A stretch of DNA of 63,766 nucleotides, counting the filler, from Collodictyon triciliatum (taxonomy: Eukaryota), in NCBI GenBank assembly GCA_043381765.1. It is 2 parts of 2 records of this genome, joined end to end, with 100 filler letters (N's around TTAATTAATTAA, not from the genome) between each part and the next. Parts side by side here need not be neighbours in the genome. Positions count along the whole stretch, not along the records: positions 31,951 to 63,766 come from JBHJMP010000926.1; 1 more part is not named here. One strand, 5' to 3'. The notes beneath the pieces were generated by a model, which made no database searches, was not told where the DNA came from, and saw nothing but the letters and a program-made list of their open reading frames with translations. The position numbers and the translations under genes are program-made. Shown here one piece after another: positions 59,644 through 63,766 of the stretch. The stretch's first letter is position 1, and every line of letters begins with the position of its first letter.

Positions 59644-60063
59644 GCAGACAAATAAAGTCTATTCTTCAAAGCAGAGTGCCGCATCACCTGGCGCAGTGCT
59701 CTTACATGTAAACATCTGCTTCATGTAGAAAAATGGTATTCGGATGGTGTATAGCGTCTTGTGAGTGAGATTCACGTGCGATGATTTGAAGGGGATGGGT
59801 TATTGTAATCTTTTCTTCAAGCACCGACAAACTTTGCGTCAAATAATAATGAATATTGAAATAATAAATTAAAGGCAACTGAAGGGAGAAAAAAAAAAAA
59901 AAAGAGTCCCCATCACTATTCTTTGATTATTTCTGCTCCCGTTCATAGCTCGGACGACGTTATCGGCGATAGATGCGGGGTAAGTGTCAGTCGGTGTTTG
60001 TTGAATTCTTAACGGCGTTTATTCATGTCCCCTTCTTTAGCAGCGATGCAGATATGAAAGCTG

Positions 60064-61460
60064 CTACTTGTGTGCAGGCTTCTTTGCAAAGTACTTTGCA
60101 TCCAGTTTGTCCAAAGGGCACGTCTTTAGCATCCACAGACGCTGTGCTCTCTCAGCACACGTCCCGCCGCATTTGAGTCCAAGTCTCTGCAGCTCCCACT
60201 TTAGATGCTCCGCGCCCAAGGGAATGAGGTCATCACAGACAGAGTAATTGGCTAGCAAAATGGGTGCAAATGACTGTGATTGTGATTGCAACTTCAGAGG
60301 AATCTGTGTGTCTATGGCACTAGACACTTGAACCGTGGTGGAGCCCTGGTCATTTTCGTCGTCCTTTTCTGTGACAAGAGTCGCGCTGCTGTCGAGCGAG
60401 ACGGTGGAAGGCGCAGTGACGACCAAAGATGCCTGCGAGATGTGTGCGGATGTGGTCTCTGTGGGGAGCGACTTTGGCTGCGAGGTGGCTGTTGCGCTGG
60501 CCGATGTTGTGATTGATGATGGATGTGTGAATGTGGCTCCGTGGGTGATGGACGAGTGGTTGGTGGCCGCACTTGTGGAAACAGAGTTTGTTGTGAAGCG
60601 CGTGCGGTTGGTGGCGGACGTTAGAATCGTCGTGGAGGAGTCCAGTGTTGCCATGGTAGACGAAGTCTTTGTGGTCGATGTGGAGTGCGCATCAGATTGG
60701 TCGCTGTTTTCGTCGCTTGATTCTGTCGGGCAGACATTCTCCACCGGGAGTTCCCTTCGCAAATGAAGAGGAAGTAGAATAAGAGAAATAGATCATAGAA
60801 AAAAAAATTAAAAAAGAAGGAGGGAGAGAATGAAAAAGAAGGAAAGAAGGAAAGAAGGAAAGAAGGAAAGAAGGAAAGAAGGAAAGAAGGAAAGAAGGAA
60901 AGAAGGAATTCAAAACTTGTCTTGTGCTCATATTTCATTAAATATGGTTAATTGGTTCAGCAAGAAGGGCACGATTGCGAGATACTCACGGTACGAGTTC
61001 CCCAAGGACTTTGGCTCGCTTCCGTGGGACAGCCTCAGCAGCAGGTGCGGCCGACTTTTGCTTTGTGCGGCCACTTGCAATGGCGAGATGGACAGACGAT
61101 GCAACGAGCGATATGGTTGAATCTCGAGCTTCGCGGAATTTGGAGGCGTCAAAGGACCCTCTGTCATTGTCGCTTTCGTTGACATTAAGATTGTGATTGT
61201 CATTATCGTTGCGCTTGCGAGATGTTGATGAGTTTGCCGAAGAGTTTGCGGCTTCGCGACTGCGCTGGCTTTGGTACCAATCGGCCAGTTCCTTCTCTGC
61301 ACGCGCCTGCCAAAGACGGCGGCCGTTGAGATCGCGACAGGCGTCGGTGTTGTTGCTCTTCTTCTGCCCGGCTCGGGCCGTTTGTCCGCGGAGGAGCGAG
61401 CCAAAGCCGCCTTTGCCGCCCAGGCCGGTGATGTGGATCTCGACAAAGAGCGCCGGCAGT
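60064..61460 (-). CDS. SDE2: SDE2 (ubiquitin-fold splicing/replication-stress factor); 5' part in gap
   Basis: GLGGKGGFGSLLR, NTDACRDLNGRRL and SAP-like LGAEHLKWELQRLGLKCGGTCAERAQRLW. Intron ~60755-60989. Confidence 0.93.
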
Positions 61461-62130
61461 AAGTCTTGCAAGCGATGGACAGGAGTTGATCAATTCACCG
61501 CAGAAGAAGAAAAGAAAAATAAATATAAAAAAGCAATAATAACAAACAAACAAACAAACAAACAAACAAACAAACAAACAAACAAACAAANNNNNNNNNN
61601 NNNNNNNNNNNNNNNNNNNNNNNNNNNNNNNNNNNNNNNNNNNNNNNNNNNNNNNNNNNNNNNNNNNNNNNNNNNNNNNNNNNNNNNNNNNNNNNNNNNN
61701 NNNNNNNNNNNNNNNNNNNNNNNNNNNNNNNNNNNNNNNNNNNNNNNNNNNNNNNNNNNNNNNNNNNNNNNNNNNNNNNNNNNNNNNNNNNNNNNNNNNN
61801 NNNNNNNNNNNNNNNNNNNNNNNNNNNNNNNNNNNNNNNNNNNNNNNNNNNNNNNNNNNNNNNNNNNNNNNNNNNNNNNNNNNNNNNNNNNNNNNNNNNN
61901 NNNNNNNNNNNNNNNNNNNNNTTTTTTTTTTCATAGATAACTTTCTCTTTACTTTCCCTTTTTTTTTTGAATAAAAAATTATGATAAGGAATGTATCGTT
62001 GGGAAGAATGTATAATAAACAAACAGCTAGTATTCTGCACGATGCGATCCTCTGTCCTTGGAGTGCAATGTCCTTTTCTCAAAGTCTACATTATGAATGT
62101 AACTACTATCATTCGTTTATTTATTCATTC

Positions 62131-63308
62131 GTGCGATCTCGCTGGACAAACTGCTTCTCTGCCATGCGCTCGGTCAGCCTGGCCAACCCTTCTCTGCTCC
62201 ACGGAGCGCGTCGTCAAGTCCCTTCTTCGGGCCCCAAGCAATACCAGTTGCAAACGCTACGAGACAACGTGGTGTTTTCATATATTTTATGAACAAACAA
62301 ATTATATCGTGCATACTTGGGTGTATTTGCAAGAATGTATGGACACTCGTGAATGTCGCCTACTTTTGGATCTTTTTATTTTACGTTGCGCTCATGAATC
62401 CTTCCTTTCATCCAAATCTTTTTCTTTTTCGTTACAATACACCTTTTCTTTTCTTTTCTTTTCTTTTCTTTTCTTTTCTTTTCTTTTCTTTTCTTTTCTT
62501 TTCTTTTCTTTTCTTTTCTTTTCTTTTCTTTTCTTTTCTTTTCTTTGCACTCACACTTCAATCTATCTGTCAGACACTGAAAGCCATAGCGCCTTCTCAT
62601 ACACACCGCCGTCCTACTCGAAAAGCTTCGAGGAGCGGAATGTTTCTTACCCCAGACTGATTCCAGTTTACCATCATGCAAATACATCGTCCACTGCTTT
62701 CAGGTTGGAATATTTTAACTTTTCTGGACATGTCACTTCCATTTCTTTTGAACTAATGTACATATATCGTGCGATACAAGCGTGGCCTAGATTTTCTCGT
62801 TTTCAATGAATTTATATTTTAAACTATTACACAGTCTCACATACGTGTATAGACTCGTCTTGAATAAGAATATTACCACCGCACGTTCCTTTATGAACCC
62901 TCGTATAGATAATTATTGCAGATTTATTCCTCTTTTCTGAAAAATACACAATTGAAACCTTCTAGCCCATCAAATTCGGAGGGCTATCTCTTTTCATCAT
63001 TTCCATCTTCCTTGGATAGCTCGTCTAACTTTGACATCTATTCGCCAAAAGGACCTATTGGACTTTCAATACCACACGAAGGTCTTTGTTTTTCATATCG
63101 CCACCTCTCTTTCCTTTCTTTCTTTCTTCCGTCGATAACACAATATTGGTCCGAAAGTTTATAAAGCAGCACCGATTCCTCATGTTTCTCGCATTTAAGA
63201 GGTCAAGAAGGTTGTCTAACAACAAACAATTGTTTGCAGAGGAAATTTTGGGAGAATCTGGATGGCAAGCGAGCGAAATGGCCGAACAAGTTCTTCATGA
63301 CAGTGACG

Positions 63309-63356
<48 letters not shown>

Positions 63357-63766
63357 GCTCCTTGTTTTTATGAGTTTTGAACACCCTAACGCTGGGCGTT
63401 ACTCGTAATATGCCCTCCTTATATCTGTGTCATAGAGGACCGATCGAAAGAAACAAGACCTGCACAAATTCATCGTAACTTTTTTTTTTTTTGCTACGTT
63501 TGGAATTCTTCCTCCCAAATCAATCTCCAATAACACAGTTCCTCTATAGGTGTCCAGCACGCAGCCGAAGAAGATGTATTCGACATCGTCGGGGGTAAAC
63601 ATTTCTATATCAAATTTATGGTAGAGGACTCAGACTTCAAGCTAGATAGTACTCTACTACAAAATCAGATAGACGCAGAAAACATAAAGAAAATAATCTG
63701 CCAACAGACTTTTACTGTTTATTTTGTAAATTCCTGATTTTTTTTTTTTTTTTTTTTTGTTTAAAA
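62131..63766 (+). CDS. uncharacterised multi-exon gene, truncated at window end
   Basis: Several open, AG/GT-bounded segments (~62573-62703, ~62920-63309, ~63436-63474, ~63550-63595). No recognisable motif. Confidence 0.3.

Overview
Gene-dense, intron-rich eukaryotic (probably protist) genomic DNA. It uses the standard code (TAA, TAG and TGA all end recognisable genes) and has five N-gaps, one carrying an artificial stop-codon linker. Gene models were spliced by hand. In order: a weakly supported unknown gene, EB1, CCDC115/Vma22, uroporphyrinogen-III synthase, a ~30-exon coiled-coil gene, a PhnZ-type HD oxygenase, RPC2, GPN1, RPL14, a DHHC palmitoyltransferase, a TKL kinase pseudogene, a triplicated LRR gene, an Na+/H+ exchanger, SppA, a MIR-less protein O-mannosyltransferase, an ERG25-like sterol oxidase, SDE2 and a truncated unknown gene. 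Main observations: (1) UROS appears to splice in frame into CCDC115/Vma22, which has no obvious start exon of its own; (2) two copies of a non-LTR retroelement 3' end, with 15-17 bp TSDs starting ATGA and a PIP-box motif; (3) an LRR gene made of three copies of a multi-exon module with 69-nt single-repeat exons and island inserts; (4) many AAG or poly-A 3' splice sites; (5) a long, structured RPL14 intron; (6) GC-rich gene ends next to microsatellites whose motif drifts along the array. No database searches were possible, so all homology calls rest on recognised motifs.
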